Positions 1 to 11,441 of a stretch of 64,000 nt of DNA are shown in pieces. The stretch is taken from assembly GCA_001643675.2 (NCBI GenBank), contig LSRY02000012.1:1798001-1862000 (forward strand), in the 5' to 3' direction. The number at the start of each line of letters is the position of its first letter. The first letter of the stretch is position 1. The DNA is from Monocercomonoides exilis PA203. Taxonomy: Eukaryota > Protista > Preaxostyla. Both the position numbers and the translations under genes were made by a program. The notes under the pieces were generated by a model that made no database searches, was not told where the DNA came from, and worked only from the letters and a program-made list of their open reading frames with translations.

Positions 1-1153
1 TGTCTTCATCTTCTCCACCTTTTCTATCACAGTGTTTCCGCTATCTGTCACCACGACTCTTCCATCATCGGTAAAGAAAGCCGTGTATCTTCCGCATTGG
101 TCAACGTGGACGATGCTCTGGCAGTGAAAAAAGGTGGGCGGATGAATGGGAACAAATGCATCCTCAATGTATCGCGAAGGATCGTCAGAACATAAAATAA
201 ATGGTACACCATCGGCTGCGACAATTATCATAAAAATATTACAAAAAATTGAAATGATATATTTTATTATATGAAGAATGAATGAAAAGTTTTAAAAGTT
301 TAAAAAAAAACATATGAAATATTTACTGTCTAAATTTAGAACAAAACACACTTGTCAAAAGCATATTTTTCTCACCGTATATTTTTGATACAGTGAACGG
401 GCCAAATATTCCATGTAATTCCCCCTTTCTCTTCAACAGCTCTTCTTTTGGATAAAGTGTTTCATTAAAGCGCGGATGGAACAGTTCATTCGAAGTCAGT
501 TCAATAAGAGGCTCAGGTTCTGCAGTCATTTGAATACCCTCACTTTCAGATTCATTACTGCCATTATAGCTCGAAAGGAACCAATTTGAATCACCAAAGA
601 ACATAACCTTCCCACTCTTTGTAACCCACACAGCGCTTTGAAACATTCCGCCAACTTCAATTATTTCCTCATTCTGCAGTGCTTCAATATTCTCTTTTCC
701 ATTTACGGATATCCAACCTGGCAATGTTTCAAAACACGTGTTTCCTTTCGCATCAAGTCCATTAACTTTGACTTCATTTGTTTTATCCGTTACCAAAATT
801 GTTAATCCTCGAATCCCTTTAAGAGTTTTAATGCAATTTTTAATTGTCAAGGGTTGCTTTTGTTTCCATGATTTTCCTTCTGATTTCTCAGAGCTATAAT
901 CAAGAAACGTTGTTTTTAACTGATGATCTTCATTGAGGTAATACAATGGAAATAGTTGGCTTCCGCTGTCGTTATCGTACACTGATTGGAATGATATTGA
1001 CAAGACTGATATCGGACTATCAGTTGGAGCAGAAACTTCAGAAAGAGCACAACGAAGCGGAAGAGCTTCAATTGCACCAGATGCTATAACATTGTCGATT
1101 TCTCCTATATTTTCAATTATCATAACATCTGTTCCAACTGAATGATGAAGCAC
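1..1153 (-). CDS. Spliced hypothetical protein with RCC1/BLIP-II-like beta-propeller repeats (ends uncertain)
   Basis: 276-aa ORF 323..1153 with 'IIEVGGMFQSAVWVTKSGKVMFFGDS'; after an AT-rich probable intron a further exon (~1-220) reads 'SIVHVDQCGRYTAFFTDDGRVVV'. Both resemble RCC1-type repeats. Confidence 0.4.
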
Positions 1154-1600
1154 TAAAAATTAACATCCGAAAATTTACTCCGAAAATAACCGCATAAATA
1201 AAATCAAACTTCCGTTTAATGAATTCAAAAATAATTTGTGACTCATTAACGATTTGAATTTTCTTGAAATTGTCAAAAACTATCAGGAATAAATATCATA
1301 ACATAATTTGATTCAAACCGACTTGACATCTCGTAATGAATTCATTTCTTCTATTATTTTTAAACATAGTTCATCACTAATTTTATCCAGCGTAAGTTTT
1401 GAAAATTTACTCATTGAAAACTCAGAAGCAAAACGAAAAATTTTATCACGAGATAATCAAAAAAATATAATGTATTTCCTTTTTAATTTGGAAAATTCAT
1501 ATGTTGCTCCAAACATACTCTATGGGCAAGGTTGGTTTCATTTCTATTTGGATTAAAAACTTTCAAAATCCCATAACCTTTATCCAATATTATCTGTTCA

Positions 1601-2470
1601 ATGTTTTCTATTTTTCCAATTGTCACTTTTTCACTTCTACTGTCTCCCTTGAGCGGCCTTTACGTGGAAATAATTAATAACGATCCAACATCGACTTGGG
1701 TTGCTGTTGAATATCCACCTTCAATAATGTCAATCGAGAAAGCAAAGCGCAGACTTGGGTCAATTGTGGACGACGACGAGCCATTTGAGCCTTACGTTGA
1801 ACCAAATGATGTACCAGATGAATTTGATGGAAGAGAAGAATGGAAAGGAATGCTTCCTCCAGTTATTGACCAAGGAGATTGTAATAGTTGCTATGCTTTA
1901 GCAACAGCAGAATCAACAGGGACAAGATTTGCCATCAAAGGATGCAATCATGGAACTTTATCTGCTCAAGATCTTGTTTCTTGCGATAAAACTGATAATG
2001 GATGCAGTGGAGGCAGTCCCTCAAGAGCAATGATTTGGGTACGTGATCATGGAATTACAACAGAACAATGCCTTCCGTATGTATCTGGAACTGGAAGAGT
2101 TCCATCATGTCCATCTAGGTGCATGAATGGTTCAACTGTGACGCGCTATCAAGGAACCAGGGCTATTGGTATTCCTGCTTCAATTATTCAAAAGCATTTA
2201 ATAGAAAATGGACCTGTTTATGCTCACATGGTTGTGTATGGAGATTTTACTGAATACAGATCAGGCGTTTATCAACATAAAGAAGGAGCAAGTTTTGGAG
2301 GGCATGCTGTCCTTCTTGTTGGTTGGGGAATTGAGGAAGGAACTCCGTACTGGTTATGCCAGAATACATGGGGACCTAACTTTGGAGAAAATGGATTCTT
2401 TAAGATCATAAGAGGTAAAAATGAATGTGATTTTGAGAAAAAGTTTTATGCAGTTACTGTTGACTGCTAA
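1601..2470 (+). CDS. Cathepsin B-like papain-family (C1A) cysteine protease
   Basis: Signal peptide; 'VPDEFDGR' mature start; 'DQGDCNSCYA' (oxyanion Q, catalytic C); 'LSAQDLVSCD..GCSGG'; 'GGHAV' (catalytic H); 'YWLCQNTWG' (catalytic N). Intronless. Confidence 0.95.
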   Translation: MFSIFPIVTFSLLLSPLSGLYVEIINNDPTSTWVAVEYPPSIMSIEKAKRRLGSIVDDDEPFEPYVEPNDVPDEFDGREEWKGMLPPVIDQGDCNSCYALATAESTGTRFAIKGCNHGTLSAQDLVSCDKTDNGCSGGSPSRAMIWVRDHGITTEQCLPYVSGTGRVPSCPSRCMNGSTVTRYQGTRAIGIPASIIQKHLIENGPVYAHMVVYGDFTEYRSGVYQHKEGASFGGHAVLLVGWGIEEGTPYWLCQNTWGPNFGENGFFKIIRGKNECDFEKKFYAVTVDC

Positions 2471-2964
2471 TTATTTGTTTTTGATGATTTTGTGAGTTCA
2501 AATAATGACATTTAAGTCTATTGCCTTAATGTCAAAAAGAACTTGCACTATCCTAAATTTTTATTTATTTGGTTTGGATTTTTAGTGGGAATATTTTATT
2601 TTGATTTTAGTGTTTATCTTAATTGAAAATTTTCTTTATTCATTCTTTTTTTCCCGAGAATAAAGGAAATTATCAAGAGTTTTTACGCATTTCCAAAATT
2701 ACCAATATTTCTCAAATTTTTATTTCAGTTCATAAATAATTATTGATCCTTGTTTATTGCATCAAAAATCCAATCCAATCAGAGAAAATGTTATACACAC
2801 GATCACAGTTTTTTCTTAAACAAAGGATGAATGTGGTAAAAAGAGAGGATAAACGACAACATTCTTGAAATTGAGGTCGAATTGCATTTTCTTATTCGGC
2901 TTTTCTTGTATTGAGGCATTTGCAATTTTTGTGTATTTTTTTACTGTAAATAATATTTCGCTTC

Positions 2965-4890
2965 ATGTTTCTCTTTGTCTTTTTACTCGTTGGACCATTG
3001 CTTTATTCTCAAGATTGTCCGCAAAGTGAACTTTTATCTAGATACATTAAATTCGAAGTTTTATCGGATCAGTATCTTCAAGGTCTTTCAAATGAAAAAA
3101 AGCAAGCAATACGACATTTAGCAAAAGCCTGTCAAATTACTGATAGAATATTCTTTTATCAGGCGAGCCCAAATGGAGAATCTTTTATTAATAATTTGGA
3201 AAGAGAAATTATCGATTGCATCAACAACGGAAACGAAGATGATATGCTTTGTGATCTAATAAACGAAAGAGATGCTGTGTTACTTTTTGGCGGACGAAAT
3301 ATATCCATTGACACAAGCGGATCTTTCAGTGTCGTTGTGGATAAAACTCCTCCAGAAGCTGGATTTTATCCACCAGGAACAACAGTAAATGAAATCAATG
3401 AATTCATAAGTGCACATCCAGAAAAGAAAAAGCTCATGATGAGAGTTGACACAATAGTTAGAAAAGACACTGAAAATAACTTCATTGCTCAAACAATACG
3501 CGACACATGGCCTGAACTTGCGAAGAGACTTTATTTCCATGTTGATCTTGCAGGCAGACTTATTTCCAACGAAGATCCAGAATTAGGAAATTACCTTATC
3601 AAAAGAGCAAGTGCACTTTTTAAAGGGAAGCCACTCAAACAAACAGATGAAATGTGGGTTGAACTTGGAGAAAAACACGACCTGGATGTGGTTATTGGGC
3701 CGATAGAGACATATGAGGACAAACTGTTTGGTGCCAAAGGTTCGTGGATGTGTGCAGTGATGTTGAGGGCACCAAAGGAAGAAACCAAAACAAAGTCGCT
3801 TGTGAGGATGGTACAAGCAGTAGAGGCTACGCTTCCGATGAAGAAGAAGTGGATGTGGAGAACAAAGTCATCTGAAGAAAAAGAAGGCGAAAGAACAGCC
3901 GAGCGGAAAAATCCTGTTGAGATGCATTTGGAAGTGGTAGACATGATCTATGCAGGCGGAAGGGTTCGAACACCTTCGGTGGGAATGGCGCATAACCTTC
4001 CAAATGACCCGGTGGTGAAGGAGAAGAAAGGAAGTAGGAATCATCTTTTTGCGAACATTATAAAGGAAAAAATGAAGGTGATTATACGACCGATAGGAAT
4101 GAAGATCCTCCACAGCTCGCAACAGCATCTGCTGAGTGAGACAGGCATGATGGACCATGTTATGTTACACGAACTGTCGCATTCGTTGGGGCCTGTGTAT
4201 TCAGACATATCAAAGCCAATCCCCTCCTTTGCATTACCATCTCTGTCAAGCAAGCAGTTAACCTTGCAAAGCCAGGTTCCTGTTAGAGAAGCTCTAACAG
4301 ATTGCTTTTCTTCGATTGAAGAGTGCAAAGCAGATGTGGTTGGGCAGCTGTTCGGATGGCGTGTGGCTGATGGAATAGTTCAGGACTTGGATGCTGAGAA
4401 AGTTCCTGTTATTGATCGAGATGAGGCAATGGAGATGAGTGCAACACATCTTGCATCGCTGTTCAGATCCATCAGATTCGGTTTGAAGTCTGCACATGCA
4501 AAGGGAAGTCTGATACAACTCAATTGGCTGATGGAGAACGGAGCAATTTCGTTGAGAGTTGACGGAAATGAGGAGGAAGATGAGAATGGAAATGACGCGT
4601 TTATTAAATCAATAAGAAAGAATTCGAATAGATTCAATAGACGCAAAATGCGAAATGGCTCTTCGACATCTTTTGACAACCTGCGCCTGTTTATCGACTT
4701 CAACAGATGGAAAGCGTCACTGAATGATTTGGCATCAATTCTGCTTCATATTGAAGGAGAAGGCGACAAAGAGGCAGCAAAACAATTGATTGATAAATAT
4801 GGATCAAGATTACCAGACTGGGTAGAATTCTATCTTGTGCAGGTGGATGATGTGGCAATTGATTTGAATATTCATTTTAATCTGGATTAG
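2965..4890 (+). CDS. Dipeptidyl peptidase III family (M49), HEXXH-type, with predicted signal peptide
   Basis: 'IGPIETYEDKLFGAK', 'MAHNLPND', zinc motif 'HELSH', 'IEECKAD', 'FRSIRFG..SAHAKG'; hydrophobic N-terminus; intronless 641 aa. Confidence 0.88.
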   Translation: MFLFVFLLVGPLLYSQDCPQSELLSRYIKFEVLSDQYLQGLSNEKKQAIRHLAKACQITDRIFFYQASPNGESFINNLEREIIDCINNGNEDDMLCDLINERDAVLLFGGRNISIDTSGSFSVVVDKTPPEAGFYPPGTTVNEINEFISAHPEKKKLMMRVDTIVRKDTENNFIAQTIRDTWPELAKRLYFHVDLAGRLISNEDPELGNYLIKRASALFKGKPLKQTDEMWVELGEKHDLDVVIGPIETYEDKLFGAKGSWMCAVMLRAPKEETKTKSLVRMVQAVEATLPMKKKWMWRTKSSEEKEGERTAERKNPVEMHLEVVDMIYAGGRVRTPSVGMAHNLPNDPVVKEKKGSRNHLFANIIKEKMKVIIRPIGMKILHSSQQHLLSETGMMDHVMLHELSHSLGPVYSDISKPIPSFALPSLSSKQLTLQSQVPVREALTDCFSSIEECKADVVGQLFGWRVADGIVQDLDAEKVPVIDRDEAMEMSATHLASLFRSIRFGLKSAHAKGSLIQLNWLMENGAISLRVDGNEEEDENGNDAFIKSIRKNSNRFNRRKMRNGSSTSFDNLRLFIDFNRWKASLNDLASILLHIEGEGDKEAAKQLIDKYGSRLPDWVEFYLVQVDDVAIDLNIHFNLD

Positions 4891-5367
4891 TGCGATGTTT
4901 CCTTTTTTGAATGAGTCTTATCCGATTTTTCAAAAGTCTATTTGAATTGATCAACAACAAAATTTTTTTAAGATTCATCATTCTTTTTGAAGGAATATAA
5001 GCGACCGCGTTGTTGATGCATTTGCTTTAAGATTTCCTTTTTCCAAAAAAAAAAAAAAAAATAAAAAAAAAAAAAAAAAAAAATATATTAATTCTTGAAC
5101 AAATAAATTTTGATGTCTTTTTTTTTTTTTTTTTTTTATTTTAAAAATAAATCTCAAACATAAAACGTGAGCTCCAATCGAAAAAATAGAATTTGTAATT
5201 TTGATGTTTTGATTGCAACAGTTATTACCTGATTGTTGCAGAAAACAAGTAAATAACACAAAAAGTCAATGCAATCAGCAATTTCCGTATTCATGAAAGC
5301 ATTCAAAATTCGTTCTCTCGAAAATTCATTAAAAGAATGAAAAAATCAAAAATTGTAAGAAATGAAC

Positions 5368-6659
5368 TTAAATTGGTACGAGCGAAAAACATTTGGTGAA
5401 TTCATTAGTTAATCTCTTCATCAAGCAAATTCCACCGAAATCATTAGATTTCTTTGTTTCAAATAGACGTATGCTCGCCAAAACAGTAGATGGAACGATT
5501 ATCCGATTTTTGAAAGTGATAGAAAAAAATAATTTGCCAATTTTTATTGATTTCTCATTCAGCTTCTTTTCTTTCCTTTTTTCTTTCTCTCTCGTCCTCT
5601 TCCTTCGTTTCCATCTCCATCTCCAAACACGTCTGCAAAAACAGATGCACCTCCACTCTGCTTTCGATGAACTTTCTTCTTTCGTGTTTCTTCGTTTTCT
5701 TCAACCTTGACTTTTTCTTCCCCTCCAAATCGTTCGATATCCATATCATTTAAGATTTCAAAGCCGTCTTCTCCTTTCAATGGAATCTCTGCATTTTCGC
5801 GTTGCTGCTGAATTCTTGCTTCCCATTCATCGAAATCCTCGTCATAGTCATCATCTTCTTCCATTTCCTCTTCCATTTCCTCTTCATCCCCGTCTCTAGT
5901 TGGAAAATGCATCAAAGATGATGTATCAATCATGGTAGTGACTCTTGAATTTGTAGCAGCTCTTTGAAAATGAATTCACATTAATATGAGAAAACGTTAT
6001 TAAAATATTCTCAAAAGGAAAAATAATTATTGATACATACAATGATGATGTTAGTTGGATCAGCTGATGGAAGATTGAGTTGTGAAAAAGTTAGGCCAAA
6101 TTAATTGTATTTTAATTGAGTAATTAATGAAAAAATATTGATGAACGAATTTTAAATCGATAAAGTATTTCCCTCCAATTAATGATAAAAAAATAAAAAC
6201 CATGTCTCTCACTTCTGCTTGGCTTTCTTCTCCTTCAGAAAGTTCTTTTCCAAGTCCTGCAAAATGAGGCGATTCGTGAAGTGTCATTCCTGCAGTCAAA
6301 AGATGTGACACTTTGTCGGACATAAATTGGCCCGGAGTTTTACTATCTAACTTCATTCCCTCTTGGGCCAATGCTGGCTGAAAACTAGTCATCACAATTA
6401 ACAAAATATAAAATAAATAAGAAAACAAAAAAACGTTTTTTCTCTCGATATTAAATGAAGCGATAAATCCAGTTGCTGCTCTCGCAATTTATCCAATTCA
6501 ACAAGAATATCTTTTTGGTTTGTTCCTAAAAAAATTAATAGAAAGCTATTTTTGCAACTTTGCAATAAAATAAATACTCAAACCGAATGCAGTCATCCTT
6601 CCAAAACGAAAGTCCTTTTCTGTTTGTGCTAATTCACGCTCGATTTGTGCAATATGCAT
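5368..6659 (-). CDS. Multi-exon coiled-coil protein, N-terminus CCDC28-like; acidic C-terminal part (3' end uncertain)
   Basis: Manual splicing from ATG 6659 gives MHIAQIERELAQTEKDFRFGRMTAFG-TNQKDILVELDKLREQQLDLSLHL, resembling the CCDC28 'DFxxG(K/R)xxAFG...(V/L)REQQ' pattern (from recall). Further exons lie in ORFs 6060..6428 and 5559..5933. Confidence 0.45.
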
Positions 6660-7107
6660 GTTTTCTATTCAACGTTCAACAATAATACTTTGATCAGTTT
6701 TTTCACTATCAACAAATCTCATGTTAAAAAAAAATATTCTCTATTTTCAGTGTGAATTTCTCACGAACTTTTTCAACTTCTGTCTCAATTAAAAGAATTT
6801 TTCTCATATTTCGGCAAATGTTCATTGAATCATCAAAAAAAGAAAATGAAATGAATTTCATAAAAACTATTTTTCAATATTTCTTTAAGTCGAATTGTTT
6901 TTCTATGCAAAGCTGTGAAGTGTTAATATTAATTAACAATTAAAAAAGATTTCATTTTCTTGTCATTCTCAATATAATAATAAATAAATAAAATAGAAAT
7001 TCTTTTTAATTCACACTTATTAATATTTACGCTTTAAAATTAAAAAAGGCTTATTGCGATACTCAGTTTTTGTTTAAAAACCATCATAATTTTTTCGATA
7101 ATCTTTT

Positions 7108-10100
7108 ATGAATCGGCCCTTGCCAGAAGAAAAGAGAAAAAAATATTTACGTGAGCGTGCGAAAAGGCAAATGACCATTGGCTGTTTTAAGAAGCCTTGT
7201 ACAAATCCACTTTGTGCAAGTCACCCTTTGTTTTCGAATTTAAGTGAAAATGAAAAGTTATTTTTGGAGGCAAGAGTGGTTTGTTGAAATTTCATTTCTA
7301 TATGTTATTTTTTTGTTGTATGTCTCTTGTCCTGATGAAATCTTTCATTTTTACATTTTATCAGTCATCAACAACGTTTAATATGTGCCCAATTATTAAT
7401 TGGATACCGTTGGTTGCAACGTATGAGGATATGAAGGTTTGGTACAGATAAATACAATTTATTTACAGAAGCTGAATTTTAGGCAATTATACATTATTCA
7501 CTTGCAGAATCAAATCCATTACCAATTGAACGATTTATTGATCATGTTTTCGGAAACCCTGAAGTTCTTGCTCATTCTTTTTTTGAAAATACCGATAAAG
7601 ATAAAGCAAACAATTATTTTCATAAATTATCCGAAGCACACGATCTCTCTCCAGATATTCTTTCCAGTTTTGCATATTTTCCTATATTGTTCTGAATTTT
7701 AAACAAATACTTTTTGGTTTCATTTTTGTTTTTGCAATATTTTAGTATGCCCAGCTCCTGCGCTAATCATCAAGATATATGATAAGATCTCGAAAATATC
7801 TACATCATATTTTCCAAAATTACTCAGATATTTAAATCAAACAATAGAATTTTCAATAACAAGATACAAACGAGCAAATTATAGTTCTTTATCATCACCA
7901 TTTTCTCATATACCAATTGAGATACAGTCAAAATCTTCAACATCTTTCCCACAAAAGTCGAATGGAAAAGAACAATCAATAATTCAAAAGGAGTGTAAAG
8001 ATGCGCTTGGGAAGCTTTTACCAGTATCCCTTTCATCAGACAAATCGACACATTTAAGCAACACAGATAAACAGAAAGAGTTCACAGAAACTTCTGCTGT
8101 TAATGGGGATTTGTCCGTGACGAATGAGAATAGCACTTCTTCAAGTGTATTAAAGAAAAATCTTTTTTCAGAAGTTGAAGCTGCAACTGTTCCGATGAAA
8201 ATGCCTTTTCTGCAACTTGAGAATGCGAATGGGCATATCCTGGAGCTTATTGCAAGCGATCTTGTTTATTTGCGGCTGCTTCCGTTTTACCTTCTTGCGC
8301 CAATATTCAAAGAAGAGGACACTCTTTTTGTTGGCACATGCTGCTGTTTGGTGGAAGAGCTGGTTGAGTCCAACATTGTTTATCTGTCTGCATCTTCTTA
8401 TGGCAATTCGGTGCCTATTCAGAAAGTATACAATGAGATTGCTGAGAAGGAAGAGAAGGAAGCTGATGATAATTTATATGACAGCATAGACTCTTCTTTG
8501 CCCATCTCAAAGATGCCTGGTCACAACAAAGATGCATCTTCAAACAAAAATAAAAACGGATTATTATCCATCCAGCAAAATGTTAAAGACAAAAGTGGCA
8601 AAATGAAATCAGATGAAGCAAAAAAAACGAATGCAACCAAATCTGGCGAATCTTTCATCAATTCTGCCAGCAAGAATCTTGAACTGACATCCCGTCTTAT
8701 TTCAATGCTGTGTGAACATCGCTCCATTCCACCTATTTCTCTGAGACAAGTTCTGATTGGATGGCTTGCCAGGTGGCCGGGTGATGCAATCAGGCAGATC
8801 ATTCAGCCAATCCATGCGCTGATAACATTGCAGATTGTGTCGCCAGCTACTTCTCTGGCTATGCTGAAGCATGCTTCGATAACACTTGGGGTGATTTTCA
8901 GAGCAGTAACATTTGTGAATGATCTGCTGTTCTCCCCTTTCTTGATTTCAACCAGCACAACAAGAGAAGATGTTGGACGGAAACAAGCAAAATCAATTCA
9001 AGCTTCTTCTTCTTCTTCTTCTTCTTCTTCCTCCTCCTCATCATCATCATCTTTATCTTCTGATCAGCCGTTTTCACCACTTGTAGGTGAAGATGCGTTT
9101 TATATTGACATTCTGCGAGATATCGATTTTGATTTAGAAGTCAAACAGAGAGAAAATGGAAAATTTTCATTTTGTGCGTTTCCTTTCCTGTTGAATGTAG
9201 AGGCGAAGTCAGAAGTAATGAAGATAGCAACAGAGCGGGTGAAGCAGCAGGTGTTTGGCAGAACAATCCTGTCGTCTATTTTGCTGGGGCAGGAGTCGCC
9301 TTATTTGATCATCACACTCAAAAGAGACAATTTGATACACGATGCTGTTGTAGCGGTGTGTTCAAGTGAAGAGTTACTGAGATATTCTTTGAAATTTGGA
9401 TTATTTAAAAAAAAATTCAAAAAAAAAAAAATAACATTGATAAAATTCATTTTTTAATGATTCTATGTGAGGTTGAAATATATTTAAAAATATTATTTTT
9501 TTTCGAAAGTTTATTAATTTGTTTTTTTTTTTTTCGATTTTTATTATTTTTTTCTCAGTTGGATTGTTGTTCTGAAGAAGACTTGCGAAAGCCGTTGAAG
9601 GTGAAGTTTTCAGGGGAAGAAGGAATTGACGAAGGAGGAGTGCGGAAAGAGTTCTTCATGCTTCTCATTCGAGACATCTTCAATCCACAATATGGAATGT
9701 TTGTAACGGAAATGGACGATGGAACAGAATCATCCAGCTCATCTTCATCATCCTCAAACACATCATCATCTGATTCTTCACCTGGAAATGCTTCTTCTTC
9801 TTCTTCTTCTGTTGCTCGTTTTCACTGGTTTTCTCCTTTCCTTCCCGAAGAGGCAGCAGAATACCGTCTCATTGGTGTTATTCTCGGCCTGGCGATATAC
9901 AACCACATTCTGCTGGACTTGCACTTTCCACTTGCAATGTACAAGCTGCTGCTGGGGATGAGGCCAAACCTGACTGACCTGGCAGAAATACAGCCGACCA
10001 TTGCACAGTCGCTGAAGTTTGTGCTGGAGACAGAAGATGCTTCTGTTCTGGGGCTGACCTTCACCACAACAAGGAAGGTGTTCTCAGAAGTGGTCAACGT

Positions 10101-10644
10101 TGAGCTCAAGCCAGGAGGCGAAAACATCGATGTGGACAACACGAACAGAGAGGAGTTTGTGGAGCTGTATTTGGACTGGTTCTTCCACGTGGCTGTGCAG
10201 AACGCAGCTTCGGCGATGAAGATCGGGTTTGACAAGACGATGGGGGAGTTTCTGTGGATGCTGCGGCCGGAGGAGCTGAAGGAGCTGATTGTGGGGACAG
10301 ACGAACTGGACTTCACATTGCTGAGGGAGAGTGCCAAGTACGACGGAGGATTCACAGCAGACACGCCAGTGGTGAAGTGGATGTGGGACATTGTCATCAA
10401 CGACTTTGACGAGAAGCAGAGGAAGAAGTTTCTGTACTTTGTGACTTCGTCTGACAGAGCACCGATTGAAGGGCTGAAGGCTGTCGTTGTGACTGTTGTG
10501 CGGAATGGGCCAGACTCTGACCAGCTGCCGTCGTCGCACACGTGCTTCAACATTCTGATGCTCCCTGAATATGACAGCAAGGACAAGCTGAGAGAGAAGT
10601 TGAGTGTGGCCATCAGCTATTCAGAGGGATTTGGATTGAGATAA
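7108..10644 (+). CDS. HECT E3 ubiquitin ligase with N-terminal AZUL zinc-binding domain (UBE3A/E6AP-like), multi-exon
   Basis: Exon 1 from ATG 7108: 'RAKRQMTIGCFKKPCTNPLCASHP' (C-x4-C-x4-C, AZUL-like). C-terminal HECT: 'LKVKFSGEEGIDEGGVRKEFF' and catalytic 'LPSSHTCFN', ending 'EGFGLR*'. Confidence 0.9.
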
Positions 10645-11441
10645 AAGACTTGAAGTTTTGATTGTGGATAATTGAAGGATTGTTTCATCATGTTTGATGG
10701 AATAAAATTGTTGCGAAAGTTGAATTTTTTAAGCAAATAAATTTGCACTTGTTTTGCTCTGCGAAATCAAAAAGGGTATATTTTTTATGTTCATTTTAAT
10801 AGATTTGAACAAAAATTCATTCTTTTGATTCGTTTTTTGAGTTTTTTTGAAATATGATTTGGCGTTTCTTATTGTTTATTTGAGTTAAATTTTCGTTTGT
10901 TTTTTCACAAAAATCTTTACAAAAAATTTGAAGGATTAGATTGTAAAGATTAAAAAATTGTATATTTTTTCTCCATTTTGAATAAAACACTAAAAGCTTT
11001 TTTGGAAAATGTTGATAAGATATTTTTATTTATTCTTTATTGAACATAATATTATAATTGCGATGACATTTTTCACTATCTTTTCCAAGAAAGTGGAAAG
11101 AAAAAATATGATTTGATTTTCATGAAAGGGAACAGATTTGCAATCCCGACTTGATGCACAATTAAAAAAACCATTTCGTCTTCATGAATAAAAAAAAATC
11201 ATAAATTAAACTGTGCTTGAAACAAATCAAGAAAAATACAACACCCTTTATAAATTAAAGTGTATTGATTTGTTGACTTAATAAAGCTGTTTGAATCAGT
11301 TAAATTATTTATTTATTTATTTTTAAAAAACTCTTTGTATTGTTTCAATTTCCTTTTGATTGCCTTTCACAAATTTTACGTCTACAAAATTATAAATTGG
11401 ATTGTTTAAATTATTCATTTTACCAATAAATAGAGTTGTGC

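Noticed and set aside
5036-5145. Long A-tract/T-tract inverted arrangement as a functional hairpin
   Set aside because: Simple homopolymers between convergent gene ends; such complementarity is expected by chance.
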